DNA of 64,000 nucleotides from Octopus vulgaris. Its lineage: Eukaryota. A program made the translations under genes and the position numbers. The notes under the pieces were generated by a model. That model saw only the letters and a list, made by a program, of their open reading frames with translations. It did no database searches and was not told the origin of the DNA. Numbering within the stretch: the first letter of the stretch is position 1; the number at the start of each line of letters is the position of its first letter. The stretch covers positions 60,450,001 to 60,514,000 of the forward strand of contig OX597827.1 in assembly GCA_951406725.2 (NCBI GenBank). Direction: 5' to 3'. This document shows, piece after piece, positions 22,546 to 36,672 of this stretch.

Positions 22546-23237
22546 GTGAAATAGAACAGTAACTCAGGTAAAGAGTATAACAGGTTTTAATTTACAAGTT
22601 TACATAAATTATTACAAAAATGTACATATACATATACATCTTTCTCTTTAACAAAGTTAATTAATTTGTACTGTTCAAAATGTCACAAGGGAATGGAAGA
22701 AAGACATAAGTAAATTTTGTTCAGGTCAACCAAACAAAAAAAAAGTTTTGTATTAAAAGTGCTCAAACGAGAGAAGTTCAGTGTTGTACAAAGTGAATGT
22801 TCTTGCGTTCACATTTCATCTGAGTGTTATATGTTTACCGGCAAAAGTTTATTTACCAGATATAAACAAACAAAGCAGATAAAGTATGTGCTTTTTAAAT
22901 TGATGGAAATAGCAATCAGCAAATGAGTTTTCATTCAGCTTAATGACTTATAATTTGAAACAGTTGAAAACAGAGCCAATTTTGTCGCATTGCTGGTTTT
23001 GTAGAGAATATGAGAAGAGCAGTGGCAGATCATTCTGTGCCATCCAGAAAAAGTCCAAATCTAACCACTAAAAGAAACGCTTTTGACTTTTGTTTCAAGA
23101 GTCAAAATGGCTGGTGGATTAAAAACGTGAGAAAACAGCAGAACTAAGATATCACCTGTTGCATGAATACCTGAATGAAGTAACTGCACAAGATTAAGTA
23201 TACTTGGAGATTTCCTTCCTTTTTTCCAGGGTTAGGC

Positions 23238-23478
23238 TTTCTACCCAGTGTGTACTCTTTTGTGTGTTTTTAAACTACCACTTTTACTAAAATATTTGTC
23301 ACATACGTCACAATGATATGATTTTCCTCCAGCGTGTATTTTTTCATGTGCTTTTAACCGGTTATTACTGAACGATTTGTGTGTACCCGTTTGTGAGATT
23401 CAAGAGAGCATTTCACAGTGAAAAAATTTCCACATATATCACAGTGATATGGGTTTTCCCCAGTATGTGTTCGTATGT
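23238..23478 (-). pseudogene. Partial duplicate of the 3' end of ZNF-3 (fingers 6-9, finger 8 partly deleted)
   Basis: 23238-23380 is nearly identical to 23921-24063, and 23381-23478 to ~24100-24197; about 37 bp between them are missing. Confidence 0.8.
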
Positions 23479-23920
23479 GCGACTGCAACCTGCTATTTTC
23501 AGTGAAAGTGTTTCCACATATTTTGCGACTGCAACCTGCTATTTTCCACATATTTTGCGACTGCAACCTGCTATTTTCAGTGAAAGTATTTCCACATATT
23601 TTGTGACTGCAACCTGCTATTTTCAGTGAAAGTATTTCCACATATTTTGCGACTGCAACCTGCTATTTTCAGTGAAAGTGTTTCCACATATTTTGCGACT
23701 GCAACCTGCTATTTTCAGTGAAAGTATTTCCACATATTTTGTGACTGCAACCTGCTATTTTCAGTGAAAGTGTTTCCACATATTTTGTGACTGCAACCTG
23801 CTATTTTCAGTGAAAGTGTTTCCACATATTTTGCGACTGCAACCTGCTATTTTCAGTGAAAGTGTTTCCACATATTTTGCGACTGCAACCTGCTATTTTC
23901 AGTGAAAGTGTTTCCACATA
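23479..23920. repeat. 46-bp minisatellite, 10 units, derived from zinc-finger coding sequence
   Basis: Unit GCGACTGCAACCTGCTATTTTCAGTGAAAGTGTTTCCACATATTTT starts at 23479, 23525 (32-bp short unit), 23557, 23603, 23649, 23695, 23741, 23787, 23833, 23879; matches 24198-24241 inside ZNF-3. Confidence 0.92.
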
Positions 23921-23924
23921 CTTT

Positions 23925-24704
23925 CTACCCAGTGTGTACTCTTTTGTGTGTTTTTAAACTACCACTTTTACTAAAATATTTGCCACATACGTCACAATGA
24001 TATGATTTTCCTCCAGTGTGTACTTTTTCATGTGCTTTTAACCGGTTATTACTGAACGATTTGCCACATATGTGACAGCGATATGGTTTTTCTCCTGTAT
24101 GTACCCGTTTGTGAGATTCAAGAGAGCATTTTACAGTGAAAGAATTTCCACATATATCACAGTGATATGGTTTTTCTCCCGTATGTGTTCGTATGTGCGA
24201 CTGCAACCTGCTATTTTCAGTGAAAGCGCTTCCACATATTTCACAACTAAATGGTTTTTCCCCAGTATGCGTTCGTATATGTCTTTTCACGTTACTATTC
24301 CGCAGAAAAGATTTTCCACATATTTCACAGTAAAATGGTCTTTCCCCACTGTGAATTTTTTCATGCCTACTCAAGTCCCCGTTAGTAATAAAAGATTTCC
24401 CGCAAATATCACAACGATAGGGTTTCTCTGCGGTGTGTGTTCTAATGTGAATTTTCAAAAGACTTTTACGAGCAAAAGATTTTCCACATATTTCACAGGG
24501 AAATGGCTTTTCTCCAGTATGTACTCTTTTATGGCCACATAAATCCGAATTAGTGATAAAAGATTTCCCACAAATATCACAGCGATAGGATTTTTCTTTG
24601 GTGTGTCTTCTTTGGTGTTCTTTTAAATTACTATTACGGACGAACGATTTACCACATGATTCACAGTGAAAGCGCCTTTCTCCAGCATGGATTCCCTTGT
24701 GCAT
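23925..24704 (-). CDS. Intronless C2H2 zinc-finger protein (ZNF-3), 9 fingers, 259 aa; paralogue of ZNF-1
   Basis: Nine C2H2 fingers; shares with ZNF-1 the N-terminal IHAGExRFHCE, the shortened finger SFSNNRLKxHEKVH and the terminal HKRVHTG-stop. Confidence 0.88.
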   Translation of the reverse strand: MHKGIHAGERRFHCESCGKSFVRNSNLKEHQRRHTKEKSYRCDICGKSFITNSDLCGHKRVHTGEKPFPCEICGKSFARKSLLKIHIRTHTAEKPYRCDICGKSFITNGDLSRHEKIHSGERPFYCEICGKSFLRNSNVKRHIRTHTGEKPFSCEICGSAFTENSRLQSHIRTHTGEKPYHCDICGNSFTVKCSLESHKRVHTGEKPYRCHICGKSFSNNRLKAHEKVHTGGKSYHCDVCGKYFSKSGSLKTHKRVHTG

Positions 24705-25969
24705 TTTAAAATCCCAAATATTGACAAAAAAATTTTAAACAATTTTCGGTAATAGAGTTTTTCTTTGAGACATTTAGACTTTTGCCTCCTCGATTACTTT
24801 TCTCAACGAATGACTCCCCATATATTTTAGTTGTTCTTCCACACTGTATTGTCTTTTATTTTTTTTTATAAATGACTATCATAATTAAAAAGCTTCCTGT
24901 TAATTTCGTAGGGTTCCACCCTAGAGAATTCATAAATAAATATTGCTGACGAGGTTTTACTGTATATAGACGCTTAATGTAGCAAGTGATTGTCTTGGAA
25001 TTATCATCGCAAGAGACATCTTACATATTTATTCTGTAGTTGTTTCGATACGGTTGGCAGAAACGTTAGCACGCCGGGCGAAATGCTTAGCAGTATTTCG
25101 TCTGCCGTTACGTTCTGAGTTCAAATTCCGCCGAGGTCGACTTTGCCTTTCATCCTTTCAGGGTCGATTAAATAAGTACCAGTTACGCACTGGAGTCGAT
25201 ATAATCGACTTAATCCGTTTGTCTGTCCTCTCTGTGTTTAGCCTTGTGGGTAGTAAAGAAATAGGTTATATTTACGAATATATAATGAAAATTGGCCTCT
25301 AAACCTAATAATAATACAGAAAGCAGATGTGATTTGCAGTTATTAAAATGTGTTTAGTTAATTATTCAAATAAAATCGACTTTGCTTTTCATGCTTCCAG
25401 AGTCAATAAAATGGGATATGATCGAGTGTTACCTGTTACCTTAATTTGACAGTTTAAACAAAATAAATAAAAGAAATCAATAATTATTTAGTAAATTTCA
25501 AATCGAGTTGAATGGGAGTTATATTTCTTCATGGCTGTAATGTTACGTAAACAGAATGTGGAAATGATAATAAAAACCTGTGAAGACTTTTTAAAATGAG
25601 TTTAAGAGTCCGACCAAACATGCGATTGATGGATATGCCAAAATTATTGAACTGTCACAGCTGATGTTGACAAGGGAGGTCACTGTGTTAAGTAAATTAA
25701 GAAACGAATTGTGGGAGTAGTATATCCTCTCACTTCCGCCGAAAGTGTGTGATTCTTGTTATTGCCAATCGAGGAGATCTGTTAAGAAAAATATTCCTGT
25801 CATTACTATTTCCCATTTGTTTTTAAAATGAAGGTGCGATCGCTAAAGCAAATCAAAGACCTGTAGTGCTGTAGTTTTAATTCATAAAGTTCATCCATTG
25901 CTTCCCGTTGAGTACAATTGACTATGGCCGGTGTCGATAACCATGAAACTATAGTGTTACATGAAACTC

Positions 25970-26377
25970 ATAGCTAAGCCCGGTTTCACCCGGTCTGTTT
26001 GGATGATGTGGATGTGATCGTTTTCGATTAGGTATAATCTATAACAACGTTTGTGTCAACCTTATCATTTCGGGTCCCCTGTTTCGATTGGAGCCTCCAA
26101 CTATATGAAAATTTCCTGACCCCCGCCCCGTCAGAAAACAGCTTCTAAGCAACTGATTGTTTTAATGGCAGAAAGAGGGAAATTCCATTTAAAAAAGTTT
26201 TAATTGATTTTCTCGGTAAGTATTGGGGTTCGGAAAAAAAATACAAACTGCATTCCAATCTATGCACCCGTCTGCACATGTGTGCCATTTTTCACGCGAA
26301 TCCACCCAGCCGTTTGGCTGTGAACCTCAAGACAAGAAAGAATACAACGATCACCCATGTCCAATTTATATTATAGA
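25970..26377 (-). mobile_element. Probable non-autonomous Helitron
   Basis: Minus strand starts TCTATAATATAAATTGG; ends in imperfect hairpin CCGGGTGAAACCGGG with a degenerate CTAG terminus. Confidence 0.5.
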
Positions 26378-27532
26378 TTAAAACGAAAATAAAACAATTA
26401 AAAGCTGAAAAAATTTTGTGTATGTTATTGTTGCATAATAAAACTCACAGAAGTCATTAGCTGTAGTAGAATCTACTTGCTGAAAGAGCGGATGACTGCT
26501 TTAAAAATACCTCTCCAGTTATACAATTTAGATAGTTTTTGGTGGCAGTGCGACAATAAAAAAACTGTATTTTTTGGTTTGTCGGACAGGGTCTGATTTT
26601 ATGAAATATTTCTACACGCGTGTAGTTTTGTATAGCAATTACAAGAATCAAATTTTTTTTTGTGTTTTTGAGTAATTAAAAAAATTGCTACTAGACTCTA
26701 AGGTTTGATTAGGTGGGGTGGGGTTACGCATCACTTCCCCTAAGCATGACCAGTACTCAACTATAGCCCTCACAATCGTTCTAATTCTGGGCCTCACATT
26801 CGCAAAATATCTCCCCAGTCAAAAAACACATCTCAAAGACAGGCCCTTCCTTTCAAGATCGAAAATATTTCAACTCTTAAAAGTTGCTAACGCTTTAACT
26901 AACATCTGATTCTTTGTGTTTTATCTCGATGCTGGGAGATTAATGAGAAACACTTGATCTCAGGAGACTTTTGCTGGTCACGGAAGGGTCAATCCATTGT
27001 TTTAAGTTTTACCTACTTACTAGCCATATCTTATATAACCGAGGGTATCTCTCTCTTACTCTGTTCGGTCCAACCGCTGAGAGCACATATTTCTCTTCAT
27101 GTCGGAAGATTTCTCTTCACTGGAAGCATCGGCTAAATGGAGAGAGTCAACGTAATCCTTACTCTTTTTTCCCTCTCGGTCAGCAGAACGTACTTAGCTG
27201 CCACACATACACACTACGAGCGAGCGACCAATACATTATTATCATTATCAATTATTACTATATCTTACTAACCACTGCTGGCAAATAAATCTGTGAACAA
27301 TATTCGTTTCCCTTCGATGTTATTACGCTGTCTCATCCTATCTTCAACTATCGACATATAGCGACCCGACGCAGAACAAAAATCGCTGTTTCTACCTCAA
27401 TCAACTTTTCATCTGTACAATACGATTGGTACCTCCGACGTTAGAACATCACATTCATAAATTACATATGGTGACTCTGTACATTATATTTGGTAACACC
27501 GATGTACATACCTATTGGTCTGTTACAAATTG

Positions 27533-27949
27533 GGATCTTTTCGGTTTGAACGGCAGTTTTCTAATATAATTTCCACGTAGCTAAACACTTTTAAACTTCG
27601 TATACTGGTAGAATGTGTTTATAAAACATATTTTTCTCTTGGCTTTATTGAGAAAATTCTATAGTTTGTAAGATATTTGTTGGTTTTTTTTTCCAATTTC
27701 TGCAATTTCAACCAATCAATGACGTCTAACGAGGTGAAAACATTCTGTGCCGTATAAATATGTCCCTCGTTTAAGAAATAGATTGGGTTTATTTACATTT
27801 GTGAAGAAAAAAAGATACCCTTTTCCCACCCCTAACCCTAACCCTAAAACAGATTAAAATGCAAAAGATCGATACTAGGGTCATAATTATGGGTGACAAT
27901 TTCATATGACACCGCTAGGAAAAAACTGCCGTTCAAACCGAAAAGATCC
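27533..27949. mobile_element. Second copy of the same MITE
   Basis: Same TIRs and interior; TSD ACAAATTG at 27525-27532 and 27950-27957. Confidence 0.9.
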
Positions 27950-29724
27950 ACAAATTGTAACTCATATCGGTTCATTACATTTTGTGCCCCCCCCCCCCCC
28001 CACCTCATACATCGGTCCACTACAAGTTCATAACTTTTGATGAAACCTGAAAGAATGCATTGGTTTTGGGATCTGACACTTATAAAGTATAATGTAAGAA
28101 AGGAAATGATAGCTAAAGTATATAAGAATTATGTTTATAAAATATACTAAAAATAATCAATTTAATTAATTTTAGTTACTTATTATGTGTAAATAATACT
28201 TGTAAACTATATAACATGTGTCGGCTGCTAAGACAATGCCTTTCTTACGTAACTTCCGCCCGTCCCCCTACCCCAAAACCACCCTTTTTAAAAACTTTTC
28301 TTTTCGACGCAAACCCGCTCATTTTTGGCTACGGGGGAATGCGAATCTGCAAAAAAATTGGCAAAAATCGAAATTTCAACCCCACCCCGCACCCCCCATT
28401 TCCTTCATTTTTAAACTTTTTTCCGAATTTTTTTCTCTCCAAAATATGCGGAAAAATACGGAGATTATGATTCTGAAAAAAAATTTCCTAAAGTCTTTGT
28501 AAACTTTCTTTTAAGAATTTTTTTCTTTTCTAAATATGCGGGAAAATACGGACATTTCTGTACTGACCGTTACGGTTTTAGGGTTAGGGTTTTAGTGTTA
28601 GTGATGCGGAAAAAAGTCAAAATTCAAGAAGTTGGGGGTGGGGGCGGAAATTTTCACAGTGCCGATTTTTGGCAATTTTCCGGGACCTCCGTATCCGAAA
28701 ACGGGACCCCCAAAATTTTAAAATAAACAAATTTAGGAGAAAATGGGGGGGGGGGGCGGAAGTCTTTCCGTTTTTTTTTTTAAAAGTTTTTTCGAATTTC
28801 TATGTTTTCGATATAGGAGAATAAGATTTTGTCCAAAAATCACGTTTTCGAAATTTTAATTTCTCCCACCCCTACCCTAATTTATTAATTTTTTTACATT
28901 TTTTCGAATTTTAGTTTAATCCATGTAGATAAATACAGAGATTACGAATCTTGAAATTATTTTTTAAAATTTTAATTTTTCTTCAAGAAACACCCAATGC
29001 CCCCCCCCACCTCCATTGCTTCCCCGCTTTCAAAAAAACTAAAAACTCCGAATGTTTCACTTCCGTCTAATGTTTCACGCATGCGTAGAATTCTACTGAA
29101 ATAGCAGACGTAAAAAAATAGTAGACCACCACCAGGAAACCCGGCATGCTAGAAACAACAGCTAAACGACATTATTTCGGGGAAAACTTCCCAGTTTTCT
29201 AAAAAGCTAAAAGTAAAACATTCGGAGGTGATGGGTGGAGGTCGGGGAAGGGGATTTGAGTGTTTCTTTTTCCACTTCAGTGTTGGATATAGGTGTTTTC
29301 CCATTTTTTAAAAATATATTTGTTATGCTTTTAAATGCACAACGTAAAGCCGGAAAAATCGACTGAAATTTATGTATATTTTATTATTCATTTTGCATTA
29401 ATTTTTTAAAACGAATCGACGTAAAATCGGAAAAGATGTGACTTATACATGATTATTACACATGAATACGGTTCCAAGTTCATATGTCGCTGGTTAGGGT
29501 TGGTCGATAAACTTAATACAATAATTGACTTAGAGGCAAATAATATTTTAATCTCCATCCCTATCGAAGATTGATTTTCGTACCAGATAAAACAAAAAAA
29601 AGAGATGTTTTAATTTAGCTAAATAAAAATGTGAAACCAAGAGAAAGGCTGGAGAGAGAGAGTAAGAGAGAGAGAGAGAGAGAGAGTAAGAGTAAGAGAG
29701 AGAGAGGGGGGGTTAGAAATAACT

Positions 29725-29833
29725 ACAGCGGATGCGAACCGGTTGTTGGTAAGTGTGTAATGTCGATTTGGAAGCTGTGTCGTCGTCAGTGATTCGTCTG
29801 CAAACTTCTCGTGGAATATTTACATTACAAAAG
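29725..29833 (+). promoter_or_regulatory. Candidate non-coding first exon/promoter of TRAPPC12
   Basis: Locally CpG-retaining segment after a (GA)n tract, ending in a strong donor AAG|GTGAGA at 29833/29834; coding exon 1 has an acceptor only 19 nt before its ATG so an upstream exon is required. The linkage is inference. Confidence 0.35.
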
Positions 29834-30205
29834 GTGAGATTATGTAAAAAGTTACCCCTGAAAAAAAATATATATATTTTCTTTATATTTATTTTTGAAG
29901 TTAGTGAATGCAATTTTAAAATAATAATTTTTAACAAAAGAACTCGAAACAAGCAGAAAACATAAACCTTTTAATTTTCGCCGGATTTTTTATTCCAAGT
30001 AAAAATATAATGAAAATTGGATGTGTGTTTAAACATGGGTAACAAGCTAAACTAGAATATGGTTTTCGCAAAGAAAATGCATATATTCTTAAGTAAAGAC
30101 AAAAATACAGTGTCCTTAGAATGGTGCAGAAATATGTGAATTAGTGATTAGGGTGTGTTTGCGGCCCACTTATTCTTATCAAACTCCCCTATACGATCCA
30201 ACATT

Positions 30206-30436
30206 TATATATATATACATACATATATATATATACATACATATATATATACATACATATATATATACATACATATATACATACATACATATATACATAC
30301 ATACATACATATATACACACATATATACATACATATATACACACATATATACATACATACATATATATACATACATACATATATATACATACATACATAT
30401 ATATACATACATACATATATATACATACATACATAT

Positions 30437-30489
<53 letters not shown>

Positions 30490-30495
30490 CACACA
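30206..30495. repeat. (TA)/(TACA) compound microsatellite
   Basis: Seen directly. Confidence 0.9.
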
Positions 30496-30628
30496 CTTGC
30501 TTGAAGATTCTATGCACCCACAGATGAAACTCAGAACAGCATGAGACTAACTCGACCCAAAATAAAAATATATTATTAATCTCCACTGTGGTAATGTATA
30601 CTCTTTTTGCCGATAGCTAACACTAAAC

Positions 30629-30689
<61 letters not shown>

Positions 30690-30761
30690 GTATGTAGAAA
30701 AATACAACATGGACAAGAACGTATAACTCTTAGAAGACGATACAATAAACACGGACAGGAC

Positions 30762-30795
<34 letters not shown>

Positions 30796-31489
30796 CAACG
30801 AATATATATAAACTTAGTATCATGTAGATATGGTTTGTTGTTAGAAGGCTGCGATAGTTTACAACCGTCTGCAAGATTGTGGCTGAAATGTCAGAATTCG
30901 CATATTTTGTTAAGGTCAGTTGACAACCGGAATAGACTGGATTATAGATTGATAGAAGTGAAAATAAATTGATGTAAAGATAAGCAGACATCAATAATTA
31001 GAACAGTGATTCTCATGGAGTGGGAGATATGATGGAGAGGATTGAAAAGGGCGCAGCCAAATCACCATGTTTAATAATTTAATAGTTTAACCTCGTCCAA
31101 CACCATGACGAAGAAAGAATTATTATATTGACGTAAATTCTAATTTGTCGTCACCTTAACCCATTAATTAATAGGGGAAGATGGTAAAAAATTTCACTAA
31201 CGTTTAGGGGTGGAGCCTGACAGTTGTTGGTCTGACAACCACTGCATTAGAGAATGCTTTTGCTGTTGATATCCGGTTTTCCGTGAAGATTCACCTAGAA
31301 AGACATCTCGGCAATCAGCTTGCAAATTAGCCTTTGAAAGTCACTGGTCATCGATATTGAACTCTTATCAATCAGTCGTGTCTTAACCCTAATATTGTTT
31401 ACTTTTGCTCTCGATATTATGCAGAACTGTCGCAGAAAATAATAAATCATGTACAACCAAAACACACACACACACGTATGTGTATGTGT

Positions 31490-31520
<31 letters not shown>

Positions 31521-31589
31521 AGCGGAGGTAAAGAATACTGAACAAAAACCCTGACCCTAACCACCGGGTGTGTGTATTCTTTACTGTCA

Positions 31590-31626
<37 letters not shown>

Positions 31627-31782
31627 TTGCTTGAAGATTCTGTGCACCCACAGATGAAACTCAGAACAGCAAGAGATTAACTCGATCCAAAATAAAAATA
31701 TATTATTAATCTCCACTGTGGTATTGAATACTCTTTTTACCGATAGCTAACACTAAATGTATATACATACATGCATACATAC

Positions 31783-31847
<65 letters not shown>

Positions 31848-32050
31848 TAGTATTATATATAGTATAATGAAATTATTGTATACAGTGTTCAGGTTTGTTG
31901 TTAGAAGCCTGTGATAGTTTACAACCGTCTGCAGATTGTGGCTGAAATGTCAGAATTCGCATATTTTGTTAAGGTCACTTGACAACCAGAATAGACTGGA
32001 TTATAGATTGACAGAAGTGAAAATAAATTGATGTAAAGATAAGCAGACAT
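30495..32050 (+). repeat. Local tandem duplication, two diverged copies ~1.1 kb apart
   Basis: 30495-30632 matches 31625-31762; ~30830-30991 matches ~31890-32050. Confidence 0.85.
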
Positions 32051-32078
32051 ATATGTATCAATTCTATATATATACATG

Positions 32079-32110
<32 letters not shown>

Positions 32111-32118
32111 TATACATG

Positions 32119-32150
<32 letters not shown>

Positions 32151-32206
32151 CATGTATATATATATATGTATATATATGTGTATGTATATATATATATATA
32201 TATGTG

Positions 32207-32249
<43 letters not shown>

Positions 32250-32280
32250 CCAAAATGTATGCACGCCACTATATATATAT

Positions 32281-32790
32281 ACAAAATGGGACAAGAACGC
32301 AAAACATCCGTATGCTCTTGGTTTGGTTTTTCCTTGGGGCTGGCCAGATTGGAGCAGTCTCAAGGGTGATCGGTCGAAGTTGCAAGGATAGTCTGGGGCT
32401 TGACTGAGGAGGTAAAGCTTTGAATGGTCCGTCCCTGTTTTCTTTGTGTCACCTATCTTGCTCGTCATCAGTCTGGAGTAGCATTCACTGAAATATATAT
32501 GTTTACAAAGGCTAGACAGGTATCTTCAGCTAGCAGGCCATGCTACTCCAGACTGATGATGAGCAAGACTCAGAAACATGTCTCTGGATGCGGGCCTAGC
32601 TGTTGGGGGTGCTTGTCTCCCCTTTGTAAACATAAGCACACAGGAAATGTGTAAAGGCCAACAGGAAGCGTTGATGCTTCCTAGAGCTAAATAGCGGTGG
32701 TGTAATTCCCTCTATGGGACTGTCCTGTTAAGTTGACAGTATATAACTGCTCTATCGTTCCACCACCGCTCATATCTCTCTGAGATATTT
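32281..32790 (+). mobile_element. Non-coding, highly structured Penelope-like/retrozyme-like element embedded in (TA)n
   Basis: ~510 bp of balanced-GC sequence between (TA)n tracts containing the hammerhead, an inverted partial copy of it and further hairpins; boundaries approximate. Confidence 0.6.
32547..32588 (+). ncRNA. Minimal type I hammerhead ribozyme
   Basis: Stem I TCCAGA/TCTGGA; core CTGATGA (32553-32559); stem II TGAG-caaga-CTCA; GAA; palindromic stem III ACATGT; GUC cleavage triplet, predicted cut after C32582. Confidence 0.82.
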
Positions 32791-33217
32791 AGAAATTTAA
32801 TATTTCTAATATATATATATATATATTATAAGTATATATATATATATATATATATAGGCGCAGGAGTGGCTGTGTGGTAAGTAGCTTGCTAACCAACCAC
32901 ATGGTTCCGGGTTCAGTCCCACTGCGTGGCATCTTGGGCAAGTGTCTTCTGCTATAGCCCCGGGCCGACCATAGCCTTGTGGGTGGATTTGGTCGACAGA
33001 AACTGAATGAAGCCTGTCATATATATGTATATATATATGTGTGTGTTTGTCCCCCTAACATTGCTTGACAACTGATGCTGGTGTGTTTACGTCCCCATAA
33101 CTTAGCGGTTCGGCAAAAGAGACGGATAGAATAAGTACTGGGCTTACAAAGAATAAGTCCCAGGGTGCTCCAGCATGACTGCAGTCAAATGATTGAAACA
33201 AGTAAAAGAGTAAAGAG

Positions 33218-34428
<1,211 letters not shown>

Positions 34429-34626
34429 CTGACATATAAATATATCCGATCGTGATATACCCTCCGGCCCCTGTGCAGGTGGCACGTAAAAGCACCCAAT
34501 CCACTATAGGAAGGGCATCCATAGAAACTCTGCCAGATTACTGGAGCCTGGAGCGGCCCTGGCTTCCCAGATCAAACCGTCCAACCCGTGCTAGCGCGGA
34601 AGCGGACGTTAAACGATGATATATGA

Positions 34627-35162
<536 letters not shown>

Positions 35163-36672
35163 TATATGTTAGTGAAGACAAATAAATGCTACTTTATCAC
35201 ACTCAAACCACATTGTCTGTGACTTTGCCTTGTTCTATGATACAAACTTTCTGTTTTAAAATCATAATGAAAATCTTCCATCAAAATTCCATGTTACTTT
35301 CCAGATACAAATAATATCAGGTATTTTTATTTAAATCTTCATTATTTTCAGCTTTAATTGGAATAAAGACAGTGTATTTCAGCAGAAATATGGTAAGAAA
35401 AGGATTAAGACGAGACACCATAGATCTTAATTGCACACACATATATCTACAAAACTTGATATACACTGAGCACAAGGGAACTTCCACACAGTTACTTGAC
35501 CTGCTAGAAATAGTAGCCAAATCACACAATCATAGAAAGTAGAGGATATATTAAATAACCCTTTGCTGCTCATCTCCTTGCATAAAGTTATCCCATCTCC
35601 AGTTCGTAGTCTTACAAACTTCTCGATGGCCTCACAAATGCTTGCGACATGAGAAAAGAAAAAATGCACCCACTATATTTTGCAAAGTGAGTGGCACTAG
35701 GAAGAGTATTCAGCTGCAGAAACCATGCCAAAGCAGACACTGTAGCATGATACAGTTTTTGGGCTCATGGCATCTTGTGAAGCTGTCCAACCCATGCCAG
35801 CATGGAACATGGATGTCAAATGATGATGGTTATAATGATGCCTCTAAAAACATGATCTAATCATAGCTGGAATATTTTTAGACATGGGGCTAATTAACTC
35901 GCCTGGCCTCCATGCTGGTGGCATGTAAAACGCACCATCTGATCGTGGCCATTGCCAACCTCGCCTGGCCTCTGTGCCGGTGGCACGTAAAAAGCACCCA
36001 CTACACTCATGGAGTGGTTGGCATTAGGAAAGGCATCCAGCCATAGAAACATTGCCAGATCAGACTGGGCCTGGTGCAGCCTTCTGGCTTCCCAGACCCC
36101 AGTTGAACCGTCCAACCCATGCAAGCATGGAAAGCAGACGCTAAACGATGATGATGATGAATTAGATACACATATCCTATGGATTAGTCTTGGTTCTTAA
36201 AAGATGAAATAGGTTCCTGCTAGGGAGTTAGCAGAAGCCAAAAGCAGCATGTAGCTAATGGGTTCTATCGATTTAACAAGAAAAGGAACTTAGATAATCT
36301 TATTTTTATATGATTTTCTTGATTTCTTAGTTTAGTGAGTGCAGACAGAAATTGAAGTGGCTGCTTGGAGCTAAGCTCAATTCTCTAGATGTTGTCAACA
36401 AAAATTGACAGTTATTTGAAACTGGGGATCCCAGCTGGACTGATATCACAACTTGAATTAACTAACACAAGTGTCATAGAATTGGCTTCTAACCTGAGCC
36501 AAAAAGTAAAACTTAATGGTAAGATTTTAAAGTATAAACACAAATAACATCCATCCATCTACTCCACCCACTGTTCGAGGGAGGGTTGTGGAGATAGTCC
36601 TCAGGCACCTCCTCCATCAGGTCTTGTTAGAAGCATCCACTGTTAGACCTAACATGAAATATATGGCCTTAT

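Noticed and set aside
23354-23641. 95-aa ORF with a zinc finger as a fourth ZNF gene
   Set aside because: Starts inside the minisatellite and runs into the deleted duplicate of ZNF-3; treated as pseudogenic.
23479-23920. CRISPR-like regular repeat
   Set aside because: Units are contiguous with no unique spacers, derive from the adjacent ZNF exon, and there are no cas genes; eukaryotic context.
24072-24542. 156-aa ORF antisense to ZNF-3 (also 40998-41426 and 15348-15746)
   Set aside because: Shadow frames of real coding sequence with no independent motifs.
27829-27847. Telomeric repeat suggesting a chromosome end or fusion
   Set aside because: Only 2-3 units, internal to a dispersed MITE.
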